The notes below the pieces were generated by a model. That model made no database searches and was not told where the DNA came from. It saw nothing but the letters and a program-made list of their open reading frames with translations. A program made the position numbers and the translations under genes. This document shows positions 1 through 11,499 of a stretch of 64,000 nucleotides of DNA, piece by piece (position 1 is the stretch's first letter; each line of letters opens with the position of its first letter). The stretch comes from Podarcis cretensis (lineage: Eukaryota), in assembly GCA_951804945.1 (NCBI GenBank), contig OX638151.1, forward strand, positions 89,590,001 to 89,654,000. The letters are read 5' to 3'.

Positions 1-1586
1 TGATTGTGCAAGGAACTTCCTCTTGCACAATGGAACTGCCACTTCCATTCCTCCCTTTGGACACCCCCAAAATCTGCTGTGTGGTTTTCCCCAATTTCTA
101 GAATGAATGGAGAGGAGATGAAGGAGAATTTCTGTTGCACAAGTTTGGTTTTTGTGTGCAGATGGGACAGCTTTATTGGAGTTTCAAGCCTTTTCTTTCT
201 AAAACTCTAGTGTTTCTTGATGACAGAGACCATAACAAGAAGACCTGGAGGTTTAAATAAACCAATAGAATTCTGCATGTTTTGTTGATGTAATCTTTAG
301 TTCTCAAATGAACTGTGCTTTTTTCATTCTTAAACCAGAATTGAAGTATGCACCACTGTGAAAAAAAAGAGATTATTGGTTAGAAGAGGAGAAAAGCCAC
401 TTGTACTCAAAGAAGCACAGAAAGAGCTGTGAAAGAGATAATGGCAGTAGAGTCTCAATTGCCTTAGAGATATATTTTTTCCCCTGTTCTCACAGCTCCA
501 TTATAAATTTCTGTCCCACATATTCTGAAAAATAAATAAGCAGGGCTTTCAAAGCACTCCTCAAATCAATAATAACGCATCTCCACATGCGGACCACCAA
601 CCCGCTATGCCAAGACCTTCCAGCAATGTCTCCATTCCGGCACTGGCAGGAGGCTGGCCAGACAAGGGAGATGATCAGGCCAACAGAAGATAGCACAACT
701 TACAAGCTCTCTATCCACCATTAGGTCAGCTGGCACAGTGAGCAGCAATGAAGTGAAGAAGGCTGAGGTGATTGGTTGCAGTCCAGGAGCCACAGGTGAG
801 AGCTGAATGCAGGGAGGGGACCAAAGGTTAACAAACTACTCCAGAAGCAGCATGGTGGGTGCCTCCCCCACCAAAGGTACCACACCTCCAACAACACCCC
901 ATGCATCTATGAAAACCATACCAGAAATTAAAATATAATCAGCATGGGAGAACTTGAACCAATTTTCTCCATCTCTACCGAGAACTAGTAATGAGGGTAA
1001 TTGTAGAACAAGCAGAGAAAAACAGCTGTTTACCGTATTCTTCCATGGCTTCATTTTAACATTCAAAGCATCACCAAGAATTTCCTAATAGCTTTCATCA
1101 CACTACACCAGAGTACACTGGACTCAAATACACTAGTATCTTGCTTTCTACTGAGAAATAGCCCTACAGGTTCCAGACCTGAACACAAAGGGCCATGCCT
1201 AAGAAGAAAGTAATGCCCTTGTATACAGGTGCTCTATTCTCAATACCGAAACTGTCCAGCTTATTTCCATAGATATTCATTTCAGGTTAGCAGAAAACCA
1301 ATGTGAGATGACAAGGTGCTGTCATAAGCTGCATTAAAAAAAAACAAAACTACTTCAGGTTATTTCCTGTCCTTAAGATGATAGGATAGAAGACTAATCA
1401 TTCCACCCTCTTTCTTCTTCATTGTTTTTGTAAATTCTGTCTAGTTTTGCTTAATGTAGAGTGATGATAAATGAAGACCGAGCGTTTTCTTGAGAAAATA
1501 AAATGGTGGCCTTGTTAGCATTATAAGCACCCATCATGGCACCTATCTGAGATTGCAACATACACAAAGAGATGAAAGGTGTGTAT

Positions 1587-2046
1587 TGAACGTGTCCAGA
1601 GGAGGGCAACCAAAATGGTCAAAGGCCTGGAGACGATGCCTTATGAGGAACGGCTAAGGGAGCTGGGCATGTTTAGCCTGGAGAAGAGGAGGTTAAGGGG
1701 TGATATGATAGCCATGTTCAAATATATAAAAGGATGTCACATAGAGGAGGGAGAAAGGTTGTTTTCTGCTGCTCCAGAGAAGCGGACACGGAGCAATGGT
1801 TCCAAACTACAAGAAAGAAGATTCCACCTAAACATTAGGAAGAACTTCCTGACAGTAAGAGCTGTTCGACAGTGGAATTTGCTGCCAAGGAGTGTGGTGG
1901 AGTCTCCTTCTTTGGAGGTCTTTAAGCAGAGGCTTGACAACCATATGTCAGGAGTGCTCTGATGTTGTTTCCTGCTTGGCAGGGGGTTGGACTCGATGGC
2001 CCTTGTGGTCTCTTCCAACTCTATGATTCTATGATTCTATGATTTC
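1587..2046 (+). mobile_element. CR1 LINE, 5'-truncated 3' end (ORF2 C-terminus, 3'UTR and tail)
   Basis: Uninterrupted [18 protein letters not shown]...[21 protein letters not shown]...[12 protein letters not shown]...[10 protein letters not shown] is a typical CR1 ORF2 C-terminus. It ends in CTCTTCCAACTCTATGATTCTATGATTCTATGATT, the (ATTCTATG)n CR1 tail. Confidence 0.95.
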
Positions 2047-2917
2047 TTAAAGCCATAACATCACCGTGAGTTATTGCCCGGAACCATGTTGATGCTACAG
2101 GATGAGAAAGCAAGTGAAAGTGTTAAGCCAATTAGTTGGCGATTTTTGAAAGCAAGCTTAGAACTATTTCATTATTCTTTCTTCCCCTACATTTTTAACA
2201 GACCAAGCAAGAAACGATAGCATTGCGAGACTTATTCTTGCTTTATTTCTTGCTCTTCCAGATACCTTTGCTTGAAGAAGAATGCACAATCGCTGACAAT
2301 TTTAGGGTCAGGACTGAGGTGAAGGAACAGGCTGAGGACACGTTGACCGTTTTCACAAGATGAACCCAACTTAATAGGAACAGTGACCACATAATATGAT
2401 TCTTAAAGGTCACTTCAAAGTACATTGGTCTGAGATTGAGCACTTCATGCTACAGGGCAAAGTTACAAAGACCATATGAGTCACTGGGGGCGGAACTGCC
2501 AAATGTGGCCATTTGCTTTTTTGACATTAAATTGTATTATTTATTTCATAAAATTTATACGCTGCTTGATTGTAAACAACCACCACCTCAAAGCAGTTAG
2601 AAAAAGATAAATGCGTCTAAATTCTGCAAATAAGTCACACCAAAACCTTTAGATAGTTGCCTTTCTTCATGCCCCAGCAAGGGCACAAAAGGGTGAGGGA
2701 GAAGCAGGAATCTAACCTGTGACTGTAACTATTTTGGGTTTTCAGAATTTACTTATGATTTTTAACATTTGTGAAATTTCCAGTGGTGTTGTAAGCATGC
2801 TATATTAATTTAATCCTCTATTGTGGGCTTTATACTGTCTTAGTTTTTATGGTTTTAGTTTGGTGGTTTTATCTTTTATATTTAGCCAGCTTTTCATTGT
2901 TGAATAGCCTATAATAT

Positions 2918-2962
2918 GTCATTCATTCATTCATTCATTCATTCATAAATAAATAAATAAAA
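2918..2962. repeat. (TTCA)n/(TAAA)n microsatellite
   Basis: Direct reading: tcattcattcattc...ataaataaataaataaaa. Confidence 0.8.
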
Positions 2963-3894
2963 TGGTACTTTGATGTTTAATTGCATGTCACTTTGGGAAC
3001 TTTTGCCCAAAAGCAGCTGATAAATTAAAAAATGAATAAATGACATATTTAAGTAGGCTGCGTGGGTTTCTGAATCTTTCACCTGTCAGTCATTAAACAG
3101 AGCAAATAAATTTGGTCTTCAGAACAGTGAGTGGGGCAAATCATGGAGTTCAAATTGTTCTGAGTCAGCTGATAATCCGAGTCTATCCTATTAGTATAAC
3201 ATGTGATCTTAAAATATGTAATACTGATATATCAAACAGCATGGAGCAAATTAGACCATTTTCCTTACTGCGGGCCATTGCCCAATTCACTATAAATGTA
3301 CACTGCAATGAAGGCTTTCCATAGTTTAAAATAGCAATTTCATTTCCATTTTGATGGTAGATATTGCTAGGCAATATAAAGCAATTTTTCTGTCATTGGA
3401 ATTCATATTTGTTTCCTTTGTATCTTGTGGGTTTCCAATGCATAATCAAGAGGCTTGGTTATCTGAAATTCCTGGTCCGCTTATCCAAATTAATTGATAT
3501 AAAACTACACAGGAGATGTGCAAGGTGACCTTTTTTTTTTTTAGTGTTTGTGTATATTTATGAACCATGAATACAGATTATGTTGTATTTGTCACCATTG
3601 TCTTATAATATAGCACATCTTATAGGTCTCATTCTCAACTTGCAGTTGTTAAAGAAAACTTCAATGGACATGGGAACTACACCTTGATTTGCATGCTCTT
3701 CCTGTATGCATTGTGTAGTACCTCAGGTGGGTTCATTAACCTGCTTACCTCCACAACAGACAGGGAAGTCACATCAGAATCCCACTTACTGATGTCTCCA
3801 GTGTTTGAATCAATGACTAGGACAAATGAGAGGAGGTGAACCAAATCTATCAAGCTGGCACCCAACATCCTCAGATTCCATGACGACCCAATTT

Positions 3895-4520
3895 ATGCGC
3901 TGGAAACGTTTGGAAGTACAGGGTTCCATTATTCATCTGTGGTGAAATGCAAACGGCAAAAGAATTTTGGGAGATGGTGTACAATGAGTTACATAAAAAA
4001 AAAATTAAACTTACATTTCCCAAGAAACCAGAAGCATTTTTTCTAGGTTTAATTGGGAATGAATTACCGAAGAAAGCCTACAACCTATTTTTATACACAA
4101 CAGCAGCAAGGATAGTATATGCAAGATATTGGAAATTAAGAGTAATCCCAGGGAAAGAAGAATGGTTACACAAACTAATTGAATATGCAGAGCTTGCCGG
4201 TATGCCATCTAAAATAAGAAACTGAGATGATAAATTCACAAGGATTGAGTGGGAGTACCTAGGGGAATATTTACAAAAAGTGGACCTTAAATATAAATTC
4301 CAGGTAGGCGGTACTTTATGACCAACAGTTGACAATATGAAATATAAGAGAGTGTGAGAAATTGGGTGAAGGAATTAATGTATATGCAGCCAAATAAAAT
4401 GTATAAATAACTGTCATTAAATGCTGGGTGGGAAGTCAAGTAGATTCATTGTACATAGCATGGAAAAGAAGATGTAACTAAAACTGAAAAAACTCAAAAA
4501 TAAAAATAAAATAAAATAAA
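3895..4520 (+). mobile_element. L1-clade LINE, 5'-truncated 3' end
   Basis: Decayed zinc-knuckle region followed by KEFWEMVYNEL...KKPEAFFLG...YTTAARIVYARYWK...IEYAELA, homologous to the L1 pieces at 25878 and 43171. A-rich (TAAAA)n tail at ~4495-4520. Confidence 0.88.
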
Positions 4521-5252
4521 TTCCGAACAATCTAGTAGATCCCATTTACAAGAGCTTCCACATTCCACATTTCAGTGCCTGGGTCACCGACATTTCATGT
4601 GCATTTCGAAGCACGCAGTGGGCTCTGGAATTGAGAACAGGGTTGCAATCCCACACAAAAATTAAGTATATATATTAAAATCCCATGGGTCTCTGATTTA
4701 TTTTCCAGTCTGCTGTGCTTTGAAAGTCTCACAAGAGTGGAGGCTCACCACTTTCCCAGATATATCTAATATATTCCATATCCTTGAAGTGTGAACTGTA
4801 AATGTTCTGTTTTTAAAATGCATCCTGTTACTAGTTGTTCCCGCAGGTAATATGCTAAACCATTAATAATAATGAAAATATTAATAATTAATAATTGTTA
4901 ACAGCCCTTGAGTACTGGCAGGCTATTCTGACCTACTTTGTTGTCACATAGCCAAGCATTAATATCTTCTTCAGTAATTTCCTTTCTTTCTTTCTGATCA
5001 CATCAGTTTCTGTTTTCACCTGCAGCTCTTAGGCAATCACAGGAAGAATTTCATGTTCTCCTGTCACAAACAATGATCCACAATTGCTACCCCACCACTG
5101 TGTATCACTGTTCACCATTGTGCATGTATTGGGCTAATTTTATATTGCTTAGCTTTGTTTCATTTTTTTAAAAAATCAAATCCTTACATGACTATTTTAT
5201 CTATCATAGGAAATGGCTATAGGAACTGATCACATAACATGAGTCAGACCAT

Positions 5253-6060
5253 GGCTTCATTTGCACATCACTTTAAACCATAGTTATGCTTAACTATGGT
5301 TTGTAAGTGAACATGCATCATGCTGGTGTGAGGAGGAAGATTTCAGCCGCTTTACTCCTCCCACACTCTTGCTGCTGCTGCACTACTGGGAGTTAAGCTC
5401 TGGTTTGACTAAGTGTTTTGCTTGAACCAGGGGCTAATGGTTTCTTTCCACAAAACAAACCCCAAGCTGTAAGCCAAAAGCAAACCTTGCTTAAAGCTCA
5501 TGGTTTGTTTGGAGAGAGACAAACCATAAATCCCGGTTCGGATATATAAAGAAGCCAAACCATGGCTTAGGTAAAGGGACCCCTGACCATTAGGTCCAGT
5601 CGTGACCGACTCTGGGGTTGCAGCGCTCATCTCGCTTTATTGGCCGAGGGAGCCGGTGTACAGCTTCCGAGTCATGTGGCCAGCATGACTAAGCCGCTTA
5701 TGGTGAGCCAGAGCAGTGCACGGAAACGCCGTTTACCTTCCTGCTGGAGTGGTACCTATTTATCTACTTGCACTTTGACGTGCTTTCGAACTGCTAGGTT
5801 GGCAGGAGCAGGGACTGAGCAACGGGAGCTCACCCCGTCGTGGGGATTTGAACCGCTGACCTTCTGATTGGCATGTCCTAGGCTCTGTGGTTTAACCCAC
5901 AGCCCCACCCGTGTCCCTATGGCTTAGCTGCAGGTAAAAGGGAGGAATGCGGAGGGGTGAAATTACCAAAACTTTCTCCCAGTGTATCAGCATAGTACAC
6001 ATTCACCTTTAAGCCAAAGTTAAGATTAACTATGGCTTCAAGTGATATGTGAACCAGGCC
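5253..6060. mobile_element. Palindromic MITE (PIF/Harbinger-like termini), split by a Sauria SINE
   Basis: Left end ggcttcatttgcacatcactttaaaccatagttatgcttaact matches the reverse complement of the right end (ggcctggttcacatatcacttgaagccatagttaatcttaact). Internal repeated aaccatgg/ctatggt motifs. The superfamily is inferred. Confidence 0.65.
5570..5917 (-). mobile_element. Sauria SINE (POM/Squam1-type), full length
   Basis: Reverse complement starts GGGACACGGGTGGGGCTGTGGGTTAAACCACAGAGCCTAGG and ends GGACCTAATGGTCAGGGGTCCCTTTAC. TSD atggcttag on both sides. Closely similar to 40838-41197. Confidence 0.95.
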
Positions 6061-7228
6061 AATGGGTCCATTGAGTTCCAGACCTATCTGAAGATGGTGA
6101 AAAGTTGAACCAGGGATCTTCAACATGCAGAGCCAATGTTCTCCCACTGAGCTAAAGCATCCAGTCACGTTTTACTGTGACCCCAAAATGGAAGAAACTA
6201 TACAGATAAGAGGGTAGTGTAAGAAATATTTGGCACATACCAGAAATAAATGAGAAAAGGGATTCAAGGGTTGGTGTTGGGTAGAAAAGAGAAAAAGATG
6301 TGACTTTTTCAAAATGCATCCTCTCCCCCAGTTTTAATGGTGTACTTTGGCATGATCCATGTACTGTATGTCCACTTATAATTTCCAGTTTCATCCAGTT
6401 TCATTCCAGTCAGGCCTCTGATGCAGACTTTTCCCACAAATGCCTAGCTAACACTGAGTACAACTTTGATGAAACTTGAGAGATCAAGAACTTCAAAGGG
6501 AAGATTAAGGACCACAGCTGAAGGTTCTGCATTCTTGCTTCTGGCCTTGAAATCTCTCCTCCTGCCTTGTCGGTGTCTCTTTCCCAGGAGCAGTGACAGC
6601 TCCGAGGGCAGTTGTCATGCCTGAGTCAGTATGGAGAAGCTTGCCCTGGGCTACATTTTGTGATGCTCACCTTATCGCCAGCTTGAGAACTGCCACCAGT
6701 GATGGATGGCTCAGCCTATATCTGCTCTGTGTCACTTTCAAATGAGTTCACTCATAAGTCTTGTCTGTCCCATTTCTGCATTAATCTACATTCTTTAAAA
6801 GAAAAAAAATCAAATAAATTGAATTTAAATATGTCTTCAAATGAATATTTGATTTTGAATATGTTTTTCCCCCCTCCTAAAATATATGTTTCTGAACACA
6901 TTTTATCTCAAACTATGTATTTCTAAATGTGTTTTATCTCACAATATACATTTGGATACTTTCTCAAGCTGGATAGTATGTAGATCACAACATCTGGCGA
7001 TGTATGAAATCTGATGGTTCCATTCTGATCCTCCCACTAGCGTTTGGATCAGGTTAGTTCACACTGGAATTTTGCAGAAGGTTTCTGCACACTTTACACT
7101 CAACACAGGTACAAGCTGTTTCTACACATATGCAAGTGTTTTATATGAAATGGTGTATGTGTGTTGATTTGTTCGGCTCAGCCATTGTATTCACAGATTG
7201 TACACTTACTGAGCATTACATCTAAATA

Positions 7229-7411
7229 ACTTGCTCTCCTGGCTTCAGCAGAAGCAACACGAAGCCTTCTGAGCGCAGTGGGAGCACTCCTGCTGTGCTC
7301 AGGAGGCTTCGGGAGGCTATCCCTGAAGCCAGGAGAGCAAGAGGGATTGATCCTTACTTTTTAGGAGGGAAAAAGTATGTCTTATAGAGCGAAAAATATG
7401 GTAGATAAATA
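7229..7411 (+). mobile_element. Terminal fragment of a TcMar (Tc2/pogo-like) non-autonomous element inside a 21-bp direct repeat
   Basis: Ends GTCTTATAGAGCGAAAAATATGG-TA, a CCGTATTTTTC-type TIR plus TA. Flanked by actgagcattacatctaaata at 7208-7228 and 7412-7432. Contains a long hairpin at 7230-7341. Confidence 0.65.
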
Positions 7412-8205
7412 ACTGAGCATTACATCTAAATACACTATTCATTATACACTCATTGGATATAATGTGAGAAAAAAACCAAAGATTGAATTTCTCATGGATC
7501 TCTAGCTTTTCCTTGAAACAATAACAGTTATTATTTCTGAACTTTGCACAGAGCACTGTGTATGCAGTTTTCTACAACTTTCCATTCCTTCATGTCTTGG
7601 TGTTTTTGCATGAATGGCTATATTTAAAATTATTCCTGCTTCAGTTTTTAACAATGTGCAGGAGTAAAACTGCACAAAATGATTCCTGACGTAAATAAAA
7701 TATATGATTTGCAAACAGCTATATTTCTTTAGAGAAAGCATTCCCAACTGGCTTCTGCTACAGGTAATGAAGAACCTTGCACACTACATGTGTGAAATGA
7801 AAGCCATTTATGTTTCAACTTTCATGTTAAAACATTAGCAGTTAGAAGAGGATTCATTACAGAATTTCTTCTAGTCTTGTAATCCAATTACATGCAGTGG
7901 TACAAATAAAAAAAATGTATGTCTGTGTAAAACTACTATGAAACATGAATGCAATCCAAGTATAAGATAGAAGAAGCATTCAGTGTATCCATTTCTGGTG
8001 CTCCACAGACACCACCCACTGCTGCCCACAGTTTTAGGAAAACCCATTGAAGAAAACAGTATTTGCATACGATCTGAAACCCAATATGGCTGCTCCTAAA
8101 ACACTCAGATAAATTTGAAAGTGTACAGATTGGCTCAGGGGATGCAAATCTGCTTTGTTGCTCCCTCACATCATTCCCCTATCGGGTAATCAATAAATAG
8201 TGATA

Positions 8206-8586
8206 GGGATGCGGGTGGCATTGTGGTCTAAACCACTGAGCCTCTTGGACTTGCTGATTGGAAGGCCGGCGGTTCGAATCCCCATAACAGGGTGAGCTCT
8301 TGTTGCTTGGCCCCAGCTCCTGCCAACCTAGCAGTTCAAAAGCACACCAGTTCAAGTAGATAAATAGTTATTGCTGCGACGGGAAGGTAAACGGCATTTC
8401 TGCACACTCTGGCAGTTGTCATGGTCCTCTGTGCGCCAGTAGCGCTTTAGTCATGCTGGCCACATAACCCAGAAAACTGTCTGTGGACAAACACCAGCTC
8501 CCTTGGCCTGAAAGTGAGATGAGCGCCGGAACCCCATAGTCGCCTTTGACTGGACTTAATCATCCAAGGGTCCTTTACCTTTTACC
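8206..8586 (+). mobile_element. Sauria SINE, older/longer subfamily
   Basis: GGGATGCGGGTGGCATTGTGGTCTAAACCAC...GGTTCGAATCCC...AAGTAGATAAATAG...GGGTCCTTTACCTTTTACC. TSD aaatagtgat at 8195-8204 and 8587-8596. Confidence 0.93.
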
Positions 8587-8726
8587 AAATAGTGATGACC
8601 CTCCTTCCCCCTTTGACAGAAGTGGATGTAATTTTCCAGAATGGAGGAAGTCTGGCAGATACTTTTGTGTTGGACACCTTAAAAAAAAAAAGCAACTTTT
8701 TTTTTTTTGCCCAGGCAGGCACATTA

Positions 8727-9544
8727 TGTGACCCATGAGAGCAGCAAAATAACGAGACTGTACCATGGTGACGGGATAAAATCAGGCCAAATCTTTATTG
8801 ACAGCAGCAGGCAAGGCAAGTGTGGCCATGGCATTGGGTCCCAGTTATCAGTTCCTCATTCCATAAGCCCCATGTGGATGGAATGGTTCTGCTGGGTTTG
8901 GACAGCTCCAAACCTGTATGACGGGAGTGTTGAACCTTGCTGTGGTACAAGTCAAGCAAGGACGGTTCCATTGGGAGACCAGGTTGCAGATTCCAACCAG
9001 GCAGTTACCAAACCCATGCTTGGGTTTTCCGTGGTCAGTTCTCCCCTCAGGCCCCTTATCGCTCCCCCCCCATACTATGTTGATCCTGGCCAGTGCCATT
9101 TTCTGCCCTCATACAATGTTCTTTTGCCTAACAAAGGAAAGCCATAATTTCACTGAGGGAAAAGCAAAAACAAAACAAAACCAAGTGCCAATCAGGTTGA
9201 GAGGAAGAAAAAAAACCTTTATGGCCCTATCAACCAACAACCCAAAATTGCTTAGTGAAGGCTCTAACCCGAGAGTGGGCAGGCAGGAAGCAAAATGGCT
9301 GTCAGCTCCAGGGGAAGCAGCCTTATATAGGCTTTCCCCTCCCCTCTTCAGCAAAGGCCCATGGGACAGCTTTTTCCCATTAGCCCACCACACAGAGAAG
9401 ATACTGGCCAAAACCTTGCCCATTATTTTGCTGCAGTCTATAGGCCACAGCACCACCGGGCAAAGGTGTCTGGTGCACATTCAGCATGGAACGGGGCTTA
9501 AAAATATATATCATAATTTGATGAAATTGACAGACAAGGTCACA
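8727..9544 (-). mobile_element. Probable solo LTR (Gypsy/ERV-like)
   Basis: Termini TGTGACC...GGTCACA (7-bp inverted repeat, TG..CA). On the minus strand there is TATATAAGG near 9325 and AATAAA near 8797, in LTR order. TSD is degenerate. Confidence 0.6.
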
Positions 9545-10061
9545 CCTTTCAAGGAAAATGAATCCTGCCAAATTTAGGAATGATAACTGCAGTGGTTTTC
9601 TCGCAGGGATGTTCTTTCCAGCTTTGGGGTGGATGAAAAAGGGAATCATTTAATCTCCTTTAGTGTTTTGTGGGCAATTGGTCTGAAAATTGCAGACATG
9701 AGAAATCTGATGCATAGCCCCAGTAATTTTTTCTTTGTTAAACTTTAAAGTGCCCTTCCTCAAATAGACATCCAGAGATGTTTTACAATGCATTATAAGA
9801 AACAAGATCACACCCTCACAACATTAAAAGCCAGATTATAAAGCTATAATAGCAAACACTAAAATAGTAACAAAAATTCTTGAAAGACAAAAATTATTAC
9901 ATACTATATTACACCTGAACACTTAACACTAAATAAAGAGTAGGGAAAGCAGAATTTTGGACAATCTATTATCATGCAGAGATACCAGGAGAGCAGAAAT
10001 ATCATCGGCACTTACCATCTTGGCACACTCTAAGTATGTCCTGCTTTCTAATACCCATTGA

Positions 10062-10312
10062 ATTGGATCCTAAGAGTCCGTTCAGTGAACAGAAGTGCCC
10101 CTTTCATTCAGTGGAGGTTCTTGCTGGTGGGAGGGAAGGCAATTATCACTGGTTCCCCACTGATTCCTCACTCCATCTGCAGCTCACACCAATTCAAGAG
10201 GGTCCTCCAACCCTCCGGAACATATTTGGTGGGGAAGAGCACACAGGGTTACAGTGGGAAGAAGGAATTGGCCATGAGATGCTCCCGCCAATGGAAAGGA
10301 ACTCAGGATCCA
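10062..10312. mobile_element. Old palindromic MITE
   Basis: Inverted termini ttggatcctaagagtccgttc versus gaaaggaactcaggatccaa. Confidence 0.45.
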
Positions 10313-10321
10313 AAGCATTCT

Positions 10322-10493
10322 ACACACCTACACCATAGATTTAAAGCAGATTTAAAGTGCATGGCTTCCCCCAAAGAGCCCTGAGAATTGTAGATTGCTA
10401 AGAGTGCTGGGAATTGTAACTCTATGATGGGTAAACTATTTTCCAGGATTCTCGATGGACAGCCATGAACTTTAAATGTACAGTGTGGATATG
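10322..10493. mobile_element. Palindromic MITE
   Basis: tacaccatagatttaaag...catggcttcccccaaagagccctg is mirrored by ccaggattctcgatggacagccatgaactttaaatgtacagtgtgga. Confidence 0.6.
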
Positions 10494-11017
10494 TTTATTG
10501 TCTTTCTAATTTCATTACTGTTTTGCTTTGCATGTCAATGCTAAAAATGTTTAATATGCACTTTTTCCCTATGAAGTTTTATTGTGATTTCATTAGTTTT
10601 GATTTATTTAGAAAGCAAATGAATCAATCATTTAAAAGGCTGTCGCTTCTGACATTCCTGGAATGAATGAATCAATTATGTTGAAAAGATTGTTGTTTTC
10701 CTTTCTTTCCCTCTTTTATCTGCAGAATAATGAAACAGAAAATCACACTTTCCCCTTCCTTTAAGGAGAAGGCCATACAAAACAGATGTAGGACATCTTT
10801 TATAATATAAACCTCAGATAGGAAAAAGTTGATAATGCAGGAGATTATTCATATGTTTAATAATAATGTTTACATTTCACCTGTCATCTATTATTTAAAG
10901 TTATGGTCTGTGATCACCACAACACATTATGCTATACCCCATGTAATTTCAGTACAAAAGAGAATACGGCTATAAAAGCGACATAGACAAATTCTGGCAT
11001 GAAATTGGAGGTATGCA

Positions 11018-11019
<2 letters not shown>

Positions 11020-11054
<35 letters not shown>
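11020..11054. repeat. (AT)n microsatellite
   Basis: Direct reading. Confidence 0.95.
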
Positions 11055-11056
<2 letters not shown>

Positions 11057-11499
11057 TGAAAAATTCAATATCTTGACTGTTTCCCTGATAAATTTGTCAT
11101 AATTACCAGTGATTCATGGCCAGGAAGGATGATGGCTCTCTTACTAAAAGAATCAGATCCAAAGCCATATTGAAAAAGACATATTGACAACTGTTCAGTT
11201 TGATCCGATTACAGATGGCTTATTTCGTGCCATGGTTCCAGAGGACAGCAGTTGGGATTTCCAAAGCTTCCATTCAATCTTCCTCACAGGTTGTTTAGCA
11301 TTTTTCAAGCTAAAAAAGATGGGGGCGGGGGGAGAATCCCACAGACAAGGGATTAGTCAATAGCCTTGTAGCTAAATTATACAGAAAGCTGTGCATATGA
11401 AGATAGGATGCTGATCTTTTTGCTAAACATATTTATGCAGGCTTCACAGTCATTGACTACTAGTGAGATGGCCATCAAATGCTAGATCTTGTAGCATAG

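Larger units (their letters stand above)
5215..6160 (-). mobile_element. Squam3-like tRNA-derived SINE, split by a MITE
   Basis: Minus-strand head TAGCTCAGTGGGAGAACA...GGTTCAA (A/B-box-like) at ~6160-6100. Tail ATGGTCTGACTC...CAGTTCCTAT at ~5252-5218. The two halves flank 5253-6060. Confidence 0.6.

Noticed and set aside
2262-2318. Possible 45- or 57-nt exon (IPLLEEECTIADNFR) after a good polypyrimidine-AG acceptor
   Set aside because: The donor sites are weak, the peptide is unrecognised and there are no partner exons. It cannot be supported without RNA-seq.
8707-9649. Overlapping ORFs up to 219 aa
   Set aside because: No recognisable domain. They lie in an LTR-like segment and are open on both strands, as expected by chance.
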